A stretch of DNA of 64,000 nucleotides, taken from contig NW_027191453.1 of the NCBI RefSeq assembly GCF_011745625.1, forward strand, positions 558,001 through 622,000, in the 5' to 3' direction. This DNA is from Cladosporium halotolerans. Lineage: Eukaryota. The notes under the pieces were generated by a model, which was not told the DNA's origin, searched no databases, and saw only the letters and a program-made list of their open reading frames with translations. Every line of letters begins with the position of its first letter. Position 1 is the first letter of the stretch. Positions 22,636-34,524 of the stretch are shown in pieces. The position numbers were made by a program, and so were the translations under genes.

Positions 22636-23179
22636 ATGTCCTCCCCGCCCAGCACCCCACCAACCACACAGCCCACCAAACCAACCTTCACCGAAAAAGA
22701 ACTCCGCGTCCTCCAGCACGCCTGGTCCTGCCTGAAATCCCCGCCCGAAATCGACCTCGAGAAGCTGCGCGTCGCGGCCGGCTTCAACACGCCCAAGACC
22801 GCGAGCAACACCTGGGGCGTGATCAAGAAGAAGCTCGCTGCTATGTCCGCCGGGGAGGGAGGTGAGTTTGATCCTGGGCCATGGGGGATGGGCATGGGTG
22901 AGCTGACGTGGGACAGAGACTCCGCCGCCGCCGCCGTCTACTGTGAAGGGGACTGGGAAGAAGGAAACGCCGCGGAAGCGTAAGAAGACTGCTGCTGCTT
23001 CTGCTTCTGCTGGTGCTGAGGTCGATGGAGAGGATGGGGGTGAGGAAGGGGCGGAGACGCCGGCGAAGAAGCGTAAGGCTGTGGCGAAGGGGAAGAAGAA
23101 GGGCAAGAAGGCTGCTGAGGAGGAGGCTGCTGCTGCTGAGGTTGTCAAGCAGGAGGAGCCGGAAGACGATGTCTTCTGA
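22636..23179 (+). CDS. Small fungal nuclear protein: N-terminal helical (Myb-like) domain plus Lys/Ala/Glu-rich tail (often annotated histone H1.3-like)
   Basis: FTEKELRVLQHAWSCLKSPPEIDLEKLRVAAGFNTPKTASNTWGVIKKKL; intron 22862-22916 (GTGAGT...GCTGAC...CAG); exon 2 with TPRKRK and TPAKKRK, ending VKQEEPEDDVF. Confidence 0.75.
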
Positions 23180-23528
23180 GTTTTTACCGGGCTTGGTGTC
23201 GAGTTCCGTTCTCTTCGGACCGAGCCATGATGAGCAGGCGAGGGAGACCTGTGAATTTATTGAGAGCGGAAGATGCGATGGCTCGAGTGAGTGGTATATG
23301 ATAAGCTTCGAATCAAATGCATGGTTGCTACGCCGTCGGATATCTCTGTTGATAGCAGCTCCCTTCCCAGACGCCCCATTCACTCGCCACCTCATTACTC
23401 ATATGCGCAGAAACCCTCGTTGTCATCATAATTCCCTCCAAACTCCCATGATTAAAAACCGCGTTGAAGCGCAAACGACCCCCCCATGAATAACCCAAAA
23501 AAGAAACCCGCAACTCCCAACCACAACC

Positions 23529-25175
23529 CTACCTCTTCTTAACAATCCCATGCACAAAGCCGCACAGCAGCAAGGGTATCACCGCGATGAACCAAAACAC
23601 CCACACGATCCCCACCGCCAGATAAACCTTCGCCATGTCCGCCCACGCGCCATAGTACCCCTCCCTTCTCCTCCTCTCCTCCCCTTCATCGTCCCCCGCA
23701 TCCCTCAGCGCCGCCGCCAACTGCACCGCGACGCGGTTGTTGATCTTGTCCCAGGTGGTATCGAGCGCCTGCGCGCGGGCTTTCGCGCCCATCTCGGCCC
23801 GCAGCGCCGCGTCGGAGCCCAGCGCGCGCGCGTGCGCGACGAACTTGTCCATGTCGTGCGGTGGCACCAAGAAGCCCGTTTGCGCGTGGCGGATCGTCTC
23901 ACTGGGCCCGCCCTCGTCGCGGGCGACGACGGGGACGCCGGAGGCCATGCTCTCGAGGACGACGAGCCCGAAGGTCTCGGTGATGGAGCAGTGCAGGAAG
24001 ACGTCGGCGGCGGCGTAGGCGCGGGCGAGGGCGTCGCCGCGCAGCATGCCGGTGAAGACGACGCGGTCGCCGAGCGGGGCGAAGTAGGAGTGGACTTCGT
24101 TTTCGACGGCGGGGTTCTTGTTGCCGCCGACGATGAGGAGTTTGAAGGGCAGGCCGGTGGCGGCGAGGCGGGTGGCGGCTTGGGCGAGGAATTCGAAGCC
24201 TTTTTCGGGCGCGAGGCGCGAGATGCAGGCGAAGATGATTTCGCCGTTGGGGGCGATTTGGCGGCGGTAGGACTCGGAGCGGTGGGAGGGGTTGAATTGG
24301 CGGGTGTCGACGCCGCGGCCGAGGTGTTGCATTTTGTCGTCGGGAGCGCCGGCTGCGGTCATGTATTTGCGGACGTAGGCTGAGGGGTAGAAGATAGTGC
24401 GGACTGCGGGTGCTTGGAACAGGAAGCCTTGGACAACCTGGAGCAGCCAGACGCCATACTGGTCAAGTGGCTGAGGGAAGAGGATCGTAGAGTAGTGAGA
24501 AAGATCCGTCTGGAAGTTGAGCAGTGTCGGGATAGGGTCTGTGAGCTGACGCAGCTGGACGAGAAATTGGAAACCGACACTTGCAGGAGAAGCTAGGTAG
24601 ATCAGGTCCGGCTTAAATGTCTTGTCGTAAATCACTCCAAGGCGGAAAGGGTAGGCGACTGAAAGATCAGGGTTGTAAGGCAGAGGGAAGCCTTGCAGTC
24701 TGAATTCGGGGTTGACCCGAGTGATCTTGTTTGCTTCCAGCTTTCGTCGGGCCTCCTCGCTGCGGCTGCGGTTGATCATGCGAGGGTTTCTCGCAGGAGG
24801 AGCGGCCTGGAATACAGATTGCTGAGGGGCTTTGTCGGAAGACTCTCGCTCATGGTGCCAGGTCCAGGCGCCACCCAGTGCTCTCGAGCCTAGGGTGGAC
24901 GACTTCTTCTCGATAGCACGAACCCATTCTCGGTTGACGATTGGGGCTCGCTCTGGCTTTGGCTCCACGGGAACGATCGGTTGGCCTGCGTAGGTGGGTG
25001 CACAAGTCGCGACGTTCACACCGTTTCGACGGAGATAGTCGATCAAACTCTGGGTCGTCCGGCTGACTCCATTTACCGGACCGAGAGACTCGCTCGCTAG
25101 CAGGACTTTCTTGCCAACCAGTTCCTGCGGGAACTCCGGAGGGATGCTTGCGTGCTCGACGCAGGTGGTCTCCAT
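23529..25175 (-). CDS. Glycosyltransferase family 4 (MgtA/SQD2-like) with C-terminal TM
   Basis: ESLGPVNGVSRT, GRGVD, SRLAPEKG and the GT4 motif ETFGLVVLESMASGVPVVARDEGGP. Intronless, 548 aa. Confidence 0.92.
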   Translation of the reverse strand: METTCVEHASIPPEFPQELVGKKVLLASESLGPVNGVSRTTQSLIDYLRRNGVNVATCAPTYAGQPIVPVEPKPERAPIVNREWVRAIEKKSSTLGSRALGGAWTWHHERESSDKAPQQSVFQAAPPARNPRMINRSRSEEARRKLEANKITRVNPEFRLQGFPLPYNPDLSVAYPFRLGVIYDKTFKPDLIYLASPASVGFQFLVQLRQLTDPIPTLLNFQTDLSHYSTILFPQPLDQYGVWLLQVVQGFLFQAPAVRTIFYPSAYVRKYMTAAGAPDDKMQHLGRGVDTRQFNPSHRSESYRRQIAPNGEIIFACISRLAPEKGFEFLAQAATRLAATGLPFKLLIVGGNKNPAVENEVHSYFAPLGDRVVFTGMLRGDALARAYAAADVFLHCSITETFGLVVLESMASGVPVVARDEGGPSETIRHAQTGFLVPPHDMDKFVAHARALGSDAALRAEMGAKARAQALDTTWDKINNRVAVQLAAALRDAGDDEGEERRRREGYYGAWADMAKVYLAVGIVWVFWFIAVIPLLLCGFVHGIVKKR

Positions 25176-26302
25176 AGTGGTGGATTTGGGCCAATCGGGA
25201 CCAGCCGCTAGTGCGCTCCGCTAGAAGGCGGCCAGAAGAGCGAAGGAAGAAGTCGAGTCGAATGGCAAGACTTGCTAGGACATGGCCCGGTAGCCTATTC
25301 CGACGTCGGGTCTGCGAGGTACTGCATCTTCTCTGTCAGTGTGCGCGGCAGGCCAGACCAGGCCCGGGAGGTCGTACGGTCAAGGCTGGCACAAGCTATA
25401 TGCGTGGGCCAGATAAGCACCGGGCGGTGGCTCGGCGAGGGGAGGGAGGCACTGGAGGATGCTGGCGGCGATATGGCGATGCTGGCGACGATGGCGACAA
25501 GCGCCGCACCGCCGGACGGCGCATGGAGGGGTATTAATGCGGACGGCGGGGCGGTCGACGCTGGCATCAACAATGGCGTGTTGGGCGATGGCGGGCGATG
25601 GTGGGCGTGTCGTTGCGCGCACGAGGCCGGCGCCGCTCGCATTCCACCAGCCAGACGCGGCACGGGGTGGCATGATTGGCCGCCAGCCCAACGCCCGCCC
25701 ACGACAGCCAACCGCTTCGCTGCAGCGCTGCATCCAACGAAGGCGCCCACGCGGATGCCTAAGGCGGTCGATCCGCGCATTGCTGATGGCACATTCGAAG
25801 CTTGTCGCCCGCGTGACTTCATTGCCGCCCGTTGGTGGTGTCGGCGCCGTGTCGGTTGATGGAGGCTGGCAGCAGCCTGTGTGAACATCGTGCGCGCCTG
25901 TCATCGTCCTGGGATCCACTCTGCAGGTGAGGCAAGGTCTGAAGACATCGGCTGGTCGCGGTAAGGGTGCCTGTATCTGGACGCTACTCCCTACAGATGC
26001 TGTACGACTTAGGGCGCCGCCACCATGCATTGCTTGTTACGAGCCTCATATGTCCGCCTTTCAGTCCATCTGCTGTGTGACCAAGACAATAAACCACTCA
26101 AAAAGAAGAGACGAGACCACTGATTTGACAGAACAATCCTTCTTCACTTGCTATGAACGCTGGTAACGCAAAGCACCTTGCTTCGATAATGCTGGTTCAA
26201 ATGGCCGGCCATGTCATCTGCGAACGACTTCCTGTCGTAGTCACACTTTCACCGCTGCGCCGGGACGGTTGAAGAATGCCCACTTGCAACGACATTCCAG
26301 CT

Positions 26303-27935
26303 TCAAAGCCCGCTCACGGCAACCTCACTTTCCTGTCTCACCTCTTTCTTCACCACGACTCCGCCCTGGATCGGGACTGCTGGCTCAGGCGAGGCCGGTG
26401 CCGCCGTAGAGCTGATAGTAATGTCCCGCGTTCTCAAAATGTCGTTCATCGACACCGGCTCTCCTCCAGCGTTTGATGTCGCCACCGGAGAGCGAAAAGC
26501 AGAGGTGAAACGATGGAAACCACGGGGCTTCGACGCAGCCGGTGCGTTCTTCTCGACATCCAGAGACGCGGTCTTGCGGTGTCCTCCCAGCCAGAATGGC
26601 AGGTAAGAAGAGACCGTCTGGACCAGTGGCTTACCGCCGGATGAAGTCGTAAGTCGAGCATTCTCCTGTACAGTCTCCAGATGCTGCACTGTCTTCGGCG
26701 ACAACGGCTCAGACATCGACGACGCGGTGAGTCCTGACGATCTCGAATCCGTCGCCGACAGTCCTCCCGTACGATCAGCCACGCTCCTCTTCCTGCTGAA
26801 CAACAGCCTCGCCTTACTCCCAACCGAACTGATCGTGCCAGCATGTGAGGCACTCCGGCCTGTGGTCCCACCCCTCGAAACCCGCACACACCTTCCCAGC
26901 CCAACTGCCCTCAATCCCTTGGCGTACAGTCGTCCCGCATCCCTCCCAAATCCGAACAGCACAAAGACCATAAACGATCCGCCCAGCCAGATATACCGCG
27001 TGTAGTAAATCTTCCCACTCGACGGGAACATCTCGATCAACCGCCAGGCCTCCGGATCGTGTACGAGCGCCCAGTTGAACGGAACATGTTGCGTGTCTGC
27101 CTGCCGAACGATGACATAGGCCTGCAAGGGGATAGAGACGGCGAGCCAGAGCATGCAAATGGCGAAGAGGCGGGCGAAGCGCGACCGGTTCGTGTTGCTG
27201 TGCGCCAGCAGCGTCGTGAAATCACGGCGATAGCGGTGCATGCGGAGGAGCACAAGGGCTGCAGATAGAACGTCAGCTGACCGACCATCTCCCTTCTCCA
27301 AACTCAACCTCAACTCCAACAAGGAAAAACTCACCAGCAAACCACGCCCCGACCAAAACCCATACCACCGGCGGCGCCACCATCAACACATCCGCGACCC
27401 AACTGCTGCTCACAGCCGGCACGCACCCCGCGATCCCCAGCACATAATACCGCCGCGTCTGCACCACCCACGCGCTCACCATCTGCAGCCCCGGCACGCC
27501 CCAGCACCACACCAAATCCCCCACGACCCGCCTCTTCCTCCCCCTCCCCCCAGAACCCAACCCAACCCCCCTCTCAACATCCAACACCCCCGCCAGCCCC
27601 CTCAACACCCCCGCCACGCTCGCCGGCACGCCCACGTACGCCGCCGCCAGCACTTTGACCTGCACGTCGCAGAGCCCGGCTCCGTCGTACCAGAGGGAGG
27701 TGTTGTCGTGCGGCCAGAGGAGGGCGTTCGTTAGCGAGATGAGGTTGAGGATTTGCAGCCAGAGGATGAGGCTTGCGGCGGGGACGTTGGCGTTGCTGAG
27801 GTGCCAGTAGAGGGGTGGGAGGGTTAGGAGGAAGAGCAGGAGGGAGAGGAGGGCGAGGAGGAGGGAGGCGGGGTAGGGGGTTGTGGGGGCTGTTGTTGGT
27901 GGGGTGGGGAAGGAGGGGGTGAGGGAGGAGTCCAT
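26303..27935 (-). CDS. STE3: a-factor-type pheromone receptor (STE3 family GPCR)
   Basis: PPLYWH..N.NVPA, NALLWP...WYDGAGLCD, VQTRRYYVLGIAGC, RFARLF and FVLFGFG. Intron 27259-27334 (GTGAGT...GCTGAC...CAG) joins ORFs 27273 and 26303. Confidence 0.94.
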
Positions 27936-28807
27936 TGTGAGGGGGGTTGTTGTGGGTGTTGGTTGTGGGTGCGTGTTTTTCTCTTTCTGCTTTTCTTGCC
28001 CCTGGTATTTTGGGGAGCTGGTGATGCTTCGTTCGGGGAAGTCCTTGTGTTCTTCGGACTCGCTCAGATCGAAGGCGCAGCCAGTGCCCAGTACCGTCGA
28101 ATCTCCTCGCCCACAGAGTCCGTCGAGGAAAGCTGAGGATCAAAGTCGCAAGCGCAACGAAAGGTTCGTCGGTAGGTGTGGCCAGTAGATCGTTGCTCAG
28201 TGTCAGTCGGTCAATGGATTCTCTCAAGAAAACCCAGTCCTCCAAAACCTGACTCCCGAAACCCTCAATAGCAAAGACCCCACCTCCTCAATAGCCAACC
28301 TCCCTCCAATAAGCCCAGCAGTCAGCTCTCAATAGGCCGCAGCAGCGCTCAATAGCGTCGGATGTGAAACAGAGCCCGTGACAGGAGGGCGCAGGAAGAC
28401 TTTGCGTGCGAGCGAAGCGCATGGTGAGTGTAGGAGGGAAAGACATCATTGCAATTACAGTGGTGGCTCGCGCGCATACCACATGGCGCGCAGGTATGCT
28501 GGGGTTTAGTTGTTTGATGGGTGCGTGGCGCGCGTCTGGTTGGGCGGGAGGGCTATTGACGGATTTGGGTGTCAATGAGATTTTTTTTTGAAGGGGTTCA
28601 TGTGGGAGGTGAGACCTGCGAGGATGTGCGATGGGAAACGACTGTTTCTTATATTAGGAACAGAAGTGATGTGCTGTAGAGCCGTGTTAGATCGTATCTA
28701 AGTGCTTACAATCTGGAAATGGTCGAGGTTCGATTTGTCCTTCTGTTACATCTACAGCCCTCACGGACGAAGTCGCTTGTCACGTCAAATACTTCTGCGC
28801 CTACCAC

Positions 28808-30808
28808 CTACTCTCCAAAACTCGACACCTCCCTCAGAGCCTGTCTCGCTCGCCTCCAGCCTTCTCCTCCCATAAACGCAGCACCATGCTCATAAAGCGA
28901 ATCCGCCATCCGCGCATGCCTCTCAGCCATAACCCTCCCCTCCTCATCCTCAACAACCACATCCCCCGGCGCCGGCCCAAAGGGCTCAACATCGACCCCA
29001 CAAGTAGTATTGACCGGCGGCAACTCGCCCGTCTGGAAATACCCCCTAATATACCCCGTGGTACACCTACTAAACGCCGCAAGCGAACAATGCCCGCCCG
29101 AATCCTGCATCAGCGTCCTCGCTCCCACGAACCCCCTCGCCATGTCCCGCGCGAACTTGCCCGGCGTGACCGGGTCCGCCGTGTTGCCGATGAACAGCAG
29201 CGGGTGGCTCGTGTTCGCTTCCCAGGGGCCCGCGAAGCGGTGCGTCGCGGGCAGCGTGTAGTGCACGCAGCCCATACGCAGCGTGCTCCAGGCGCTGCCA
29301 GAGGAGGGCGATTGGGCTGCCAGGGCGCGCGAGAAGTTCTGGAAGGCGGCGCGCGTCATGTAGCTTTGGGACTCGCCGTCGCTGCACATGATGACCACTT
29401 GGGCGTCGCGCGCCATGATGTTTGCGTTTTCGGCGGCGCAGGCGGAGGGGTGGAAGGCGTCGAGGAGGGGGGCGAGGAAGGGTTCGTTTTTCTGTTCGAT
29501 GGCGAGGAGGAGCTGGGCGAGGACGGGGAAGGCGAAGATGGGGTTGTAGAGGGCGGAGAAGATCAGGGAGCGGACTTCGCTGTAGCTTAGGGTGTCTGCG
29601 CGCGGTTGGTAGACTGAGAGGGGGTTGTGGTAGAGGCTCTGGATGATGCTGTCTGTTCGGTTCTTGATGGCTTTTGGCTCGCTTGGGCCGTCTGCGTTGG
29701 CCAGGACGCATTGCGGGAAGCCTACGCGCGCGCAGTGAAAGTAAAATAAGTCCATGGTCTTTTCTGTGTCGAGGAGGTTGTCGGACCAGTTGCCGGACGC
29801 ATAGTTTTTGTAGTCGACTACGCCGTCCACGAGGAGCCGTCCTACCCTGTTGGGAAACATGGCCGCGAAAGTTCCACCCAGAAACGAGCCGTAGCTGAGG
29901 CCGTAGTACTGGATTTTCTCTTTGTAGAGCGCATGTTCAAGATTCGAGGGAATCTGTGGCGACTTCGAACATTTGCCCGTCAATAGTGACGACGTAGAGC
30001 AAGTTCCCAAAAGCGCCATCGCTTCTTTCTCTCGCCATTCACCATGTCGCTCGACGATCTCAAGCATGTCTCGCGCGACAGAAGCCGTCGAGACGTACCG
30101 CTTGATGTCCTCACTGTCATTTGCGGCAGCCCTAGAGCAACCTTGCCATTTGGCATCAGACATAGACCAGATGCGCCCAAACGCAGCATCAGACGAATCG
30201 AGCCATCCCTCTTCCTGGAGTCGAAGCTGCCAGCTGGCGTCCACACTCGGATCGTGAAAGCAGTCCACTCTCGGCTCGGATAAACCGACGCCTCTAGGGT
30301 CAAAAGAGATGATGTCGAAATACTTCCCCTCTCCGTCGTCGGTGTCGAGAATAGCCCTCGCACTCTCTCCAGCCATGAGCACAAGTCCAACACCAGAGCC
30401 ACCGGGCCCACCAGGATTCAGAAGTATTGCTCCGCCGTACTGCGGGTGCGTGACAGGTACTACAGCTGGTTGCCGTATGACTGCGAGGCTGATCGTTGCT
30501 TTGGTCGTGTAATTGAACCAGTCCATGGGTAGCTCCAGGCGTGCGCATTGCAGTTTGCCATAGCAGGGCGTGTAACGCAGCTGCGGCGTTGTCTCGACCT
30601 TTTCCCAGTCAAATTCATCGAAAGGCTGCGGCGAACTCTCATGGTGCTGAAGATTTCCATTAAATAGATGAAGGGGGTTGGAGTTGGTCAGCCAGAGTGC
30701 TGCGACGACTAGAAGTGTGGCTGCAATAATCCGCCCCGGCCGGGGATGTCTGGGGCGACGTGGTGAGGCATTGACCGCCAGTCGTTCATACTTTTCGTGG
30801 CTCATCAT
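28808..30808 (-). CDS. TAP-like alpha/beta hydrolase (tripeptidyl aminopeptidase family) with N-terminal TM
   Basis: CARLELPMDW, NPGGPGGSG, FDPRGVG, nucleophile GLSYGS, DPVTP and GHCS. First ATG at 30808. Confidence 0.92.
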   Translation of the reverse strand: MMSHEKYERLAVNASPRRPRHPRPGRIIAATLLVVAALWLTNSNPLHLFNGNLQHHESSPQPFDEFDWEKVETTPQLRYTPCYGKLQCARLELPMDWFNYTTKATISLAVIRQPAVVPVTHPQYGGAILLNPGGPGGSGVGLVLMAGESARAILDTDDGEGKYFDIISFDPRGVGLSEPRVDCFHDPSVDASWQLRLQEEGWLDSSDAAFGRIWSMSDAKWQGCSRAAANDSEDIKRYVSTASVARDMLEIVERHGEWREKEAMALLGTCSTSSLLTGKCSKSPQIPSNLEHALYKEKIQYYGLSYGSFLGGTFAAMFPNRVGRLLVDGVVDYKNYASGNWSDNLLDTEKTMDLFYFHCARVGFPQCVLANADGPSEPKAIKNRTDSIIQSLYHNPLSVYQPRADTLSYSEVRSLIFSALYNPIFAFPVLAQLLLAIEQKNEPFLAPLLDAFHPSACAAENANIMARDAQVVIMCSDGESQSYMTRAAFQNFSRALAAQSPSSGSAWSTLRMGCVHYTLPATHRFAGPWEANTSHPLLFIGNTADPVTPGKFARDMARGFVGARTLMQDSGGHCSLAAFSRCTTGYIRGYFQTGELPPVNTTCGVDVEPFGPAPGDVVVEDEEGRVMAERHARMADSLYEHGAAFMGGEGWRRARQALREVSSFGE

Positions 30809-31189
30809 AGGATGAGTTTGTTTGACAAGTGTGTTGTTCAAGTGAAAGCTCCGTCAAGTAGGAGTATCACTGATGAAAGGTCGCGATATACCCCGCAACT
30901 AGGCTGCCAGATACCAGCGGCAAGGCGATCCGATGAACCACAACTAATGTGGCAGGTGATACAAGGCCGCCAAACCGGTGGCTGATTAGCGAGCTTGCTT
31001 AAGATACGAGCAGTCATTTTGATTCGTGTTCGCCGGCGTCACGATAAAGTTCGCTAGATGGGAAGATTCTGAGCATGTAAAAGACTCCCTCCATTGATCA
31101 GGCACATATACCATCAACTACAGTGAATGGAGCTCTATGTCATCACTAGACAAATGCTCGTGATCTCCCACAAGTTTTACGAGGTACCT

Positions 31190-32349
31190 TTAATTTAAAA
31201 GACGGCCGTCAATGAACATCTTGATATCGTCGAGCGCTTTTTGCGTCTCTTCCGTGCCTCCAACAGGAAAGAACACAAATCCGTGAGGTGCACCTAGGAA
31301 GATCTCGTTAGCTCCGCGAGAAATTGAGTCCACTTTATTTCGACATACCTGGGTAGAGCTTCAAAACGGCCTCCGCACCGCTCATGGTCCACTTTGTCGC
31401 CATCAAAACAGAGTCGTCAAGCAACGGATCGAGGGTTCCGCAGGTGAAGATGGCAGGAGGACACTTCAACTTCTTCATATGGGCAAAGAAAGGCGAGATG
31501 TCAGGGTCGCGTCTCTCGGCTTCGCTGCGATTGGGTAAATATGCCGCGATGTAACTGCGAGTGTCAATATATAATCCTGATCATGGTAGGGAGTGCAACA
31601 CGCACTGGTCCATAATATCCCTTGTCAGAATGAGGGGCATATCGAAGTGGTGCACGTGTGGTAGGAACGCTGCAAGGTCGAAGCAACCGAAGTTCAGCAC
31701 CAAGCCTTTGAACTCGAATTGTGGTCTCGATTTCAAGAGCCGGAAGCAAGTCACGACACTGAGGTGGCCTCCGGCTGAGTCGCCACCCATGAATGCCAGC
31801 GGGGCGCCATATTCCTTTTGTGCGTGATCAACCAGCCAGGCGGCGATGTCTTCGCAGTCGTCGTTACCCGCAGGATAGGGATCCTCAGGAGCCAAGCGGT
31901 AGCCAACGCTGACGACTGTAAGCTGGCAGTTCTGGGCGATCCAGTTGAGCATCAAGTCTTGGTAATGTTCCGATTGCAAGACCCAGCCGCCGCCATGGAT
32001 ATGAAGAAAGACTGCTTTTGGGCTACCAGCATCAGGAGTGAATACGCGACAAGGGACCTCGCGGTCGGCCTCTCGAGACGGTAGATTGATATTCTTGCCG
32101 GAGTCCACGACGGCAGGCTTAGGACACGGCGTCTCGCCATCCCATCGCATCTGGCGATACTTTTCAGGTCCAACCTGAGGGCCGTCAACAATAGATTCAT
32201 ACAAAATTAACAAATGTACAAACCTCCCACCATCTCGGCCCATTACGGCCGAGCTCAATCAGAGACTCATTCAGAGCATTGGTTTTTTGCGAGATGGCAT
32301 TGGAGTCAAGTGCAGAAGTGTCAAGTGCAAGGTCGGATTGCAAAGGCAT
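31190..32349 (-). CDS. Abhydrolase_3 (HSL-family) esterase/lipase
   Basis: MPLQSDLALD start; HIHGGGW, GYRLAPE, GDSAGG, DPLLDDS and PHGF. Three GT-AG introns near 32176-32223, 31554-31603 and 31295-31347; stop TAA at 31190-31192. Confidence 0.9.
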
Positions 32350-32901
32350 GATCGATGGGCTGAGTTAGACGCGCTGAATTAGTGAGATGTGATAGCAATG
32401 ATGATTTGTAGTTGTCTTTTGAAATTGAAGGTATGCCTAACGATTATTAATTCCATTTGTTCCACCCGTCTTTCGACTCTTGAGGCGTTCACCCGGGTGA
32501 TGTGGAGCGCAGGCGGGGCACACGGTTCGGACGGACCGAGGCTGTTTGGATTCGGTGCGTTGCCATCATGCTGCTGGCAGTGATATTTCAGATCGCCGCA
32601 ATGGCCTACCTTACACTTTGGCGCATGCAACCATGCGATCGATGACATATAGTCAAATGCAGGCTTGCTTTGAATGACTGCTAGCCTTCTCGATGCTCTG
32701 CCCCTATCCACCCACGAAGACCAGGATGCAAGATATGTGGAGGGTAGGTTCATGGTGCGACCAAAATCACGACAGGCGTTTTGGAGTAGCTTGCTGCTTA
32801 AGCCTTGACATGCACGGATTCGCTCGCGAGTGTCATGTCCGAGGCTTTCGATTTATCCGTGCTCCTTCAACTCACCTACCCATATGAGGATCCCTCGCCA
32901 A

Positions 32902-34140
32902 TCAGTCGTCATCGTCACTATCGCTGCCGTATCCAACAAGCGGTCCAGCCTGCTTGTTTGGTGTGGCGTCTCCGGCTCCAGGAGCTGCACGGAAGCCCTG
33001 AAGAGCCGCTAGAGTCGAAGCGCCCAGAATGCCTCCGGAAGAGCCTTGTTGAGCCTGTCCGTTGCCGCCAGTGATTTGCAATGGAGCATCCTCGTCATTC
33101 TCCTTGCCTCCCTCCAGCATCTTCTGCTCTTGTGGTGCCTCAAGTCTCGCCTTCTCACTGGCGTACCAAACATCGTCGGGCGCATCGTATCCTTGCAAGC
33201 CAAAGCTCCCCTCAATCTTTCTACGCTTGCGCTCTTCTGGGTCTGCTCCCTCATACTTGCGGCCCTCCAGCTCTGCAATATAGCTTGCCGGCAGAGCCCT
33301 CCTGATAGCCTCTGCAGCCTGCTCTTCGATCCTTCTTGCCTCACGCTTCTGTGCGACCGGGTTGGGGTCTACTGTGGCCCAGCGCACGTTGAGTGTCTCG
33401 TCGTGGTCCAGACTTTGGTGTGCCATCGCCTCTTTCGCAAACTCGCTGTTCGCCAAATGTGTGTATGTCACGAAAGCAACGCCTCTGCTCGGCAAGACAC
33501 GGATGCGGTCTATTTGTCCCCATTCTTGGAAATGCCGCGAAACGATCTCCTCGATGTCGTCGCTGACGTGTATCCTGCCCACGTAGAGCGTGCGGTTGAC
33601 ACGCATGAAAGATCCCACACCACCCATGTCGTCCCTGTAGTCCGAGAACTTGTCGCGCCCGAAGCAATCCACGTTGCTGGGGAAGATGTCGCCTAGGCTT
33701 CCCTCGCCCTCCTTGCCTAACCTGCTGTTGGGCAGTCGGTGCAGGTACTCGCAGTCGCTGCCGCGCGGACACAGCCCGCGAGCGAAGAACAGGCAGAAAT
33801 AAGACCCAGGCACCTTATCCGCGCGTGTGTATCCAGAATCGAGGGCGACGTTGCACCTTCCCTTCGCCTGGTGTTTCGAAGCGATCGCATCTTCCCGGTC
33901 GCCGCCTGACCACTTGTTGTACCAGATATTGAAGATGGTTCCGGTCTGTGGAGGTGGCTCGGTTTTGAATGTGCTGGGATCCTGCTGCGGGCGCGCCGGT
34001 CTTCGCTTGCGCTTTATGATCTTGGTCTTCTTGACTTTCTGGACGGTGCCATCGCTGTTGGTCTTCGTCAGCGCGGTCTCGGTGGCGACTGGCTGTTCGC
34101 CTGCTGCCACTGCAGCGTCCGCTAGGGTAGTATCGGCCAT
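32902..34140 (-). CDS. CWC2: Pre-mRNA splicing factor Cwc2 (CCCH zinc finger + RRM)
   Basis: FNIWYNKWSGGD, FCLFFARGLCPRGSDCEYLH, DCFGRDKFSDYRDDMGGVGSF and AKEAMAHQSL. ATG at 34140. Confidence 0.97.
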   Translation of the reverse strand: MADTTLADAAVAAGEQPVATETALTKTNSDGTVQKVKKTKIIKRKRRPARPQQDPSTFKTEPPPQTGTIFNIWYNKWSGGDREDAIASKHQAKGRCNVALDSGYTRADKVPGSYFCLFFARGLCPRGSDCEYLHRLPNSRLGKEGEGSLGDIFPSNVDCFGRDKFSDYRDDMGGVGSFMRVNRTLYVGRIHVSDDIEEIVSRHFQEWGQIDRIRVLPSRGVAFVTYTHLANSEFAKEAMAHQSLDHDETLNVRWATVDPNPVAQKREARRIEEQAAEAIRRALPASYIAELEGRKYEGADPEERKRRKIEGSFGLQGYDAPDDVWYASEKARLEAPQEQKMLEGGKENDEDAPLQITGGNGQAQQGSSGGILGASTLAALQGFRAAPGAGDATPNKQAGPLVGYGSDSDDDD

Positions 34141-34524
34141 GTTGTAAGAGTGGGATTGAAGAGTAGTGCCGGATTGAAAGTCGACGTGAAAGTCGGCGAT
34201 CTCAAGAATCGACGCTGGTCGCGCGCGCAAGCTGGTCCGTGCACGAGTACCGCGGTTCACGCCTCCCAACTCAACGGGTGTGTCAGCGGCGAGCTCGTAG
34301 ACTGCCAGATCCCCCCAAAGCACTTTGTCCACGAAAAGCCTTGGGAAGCCTCAAAGACCGAGATAGAACCACTCAAAGAACATGTGATAGCCAAAACATT
34401 TTAGGAGAGCGGGCGTGCCTACCGCACCGCACAACACGATCAGAATTCCAACTCATCACCTGTCCATAGACCGTACAGAGAGATCTGGAATACCACAGTA
34501 GTAAAACAGCGCCAGACAGTGACA

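Noticed and set aside
22092..23148. Poly-Asn, poly-Val, poly-Leu and poly-Cys ORFs
   Set aside because: Translations of the CAA microsatellite; the real gene starts at 22636.
26303..27935. STE3 as a mating-type locus marker
   Set aside because: No MAT, APN2 or SLA2 genes nearby; in filamentous ascomycetes the pheromone receptors are unlinked to MAT.
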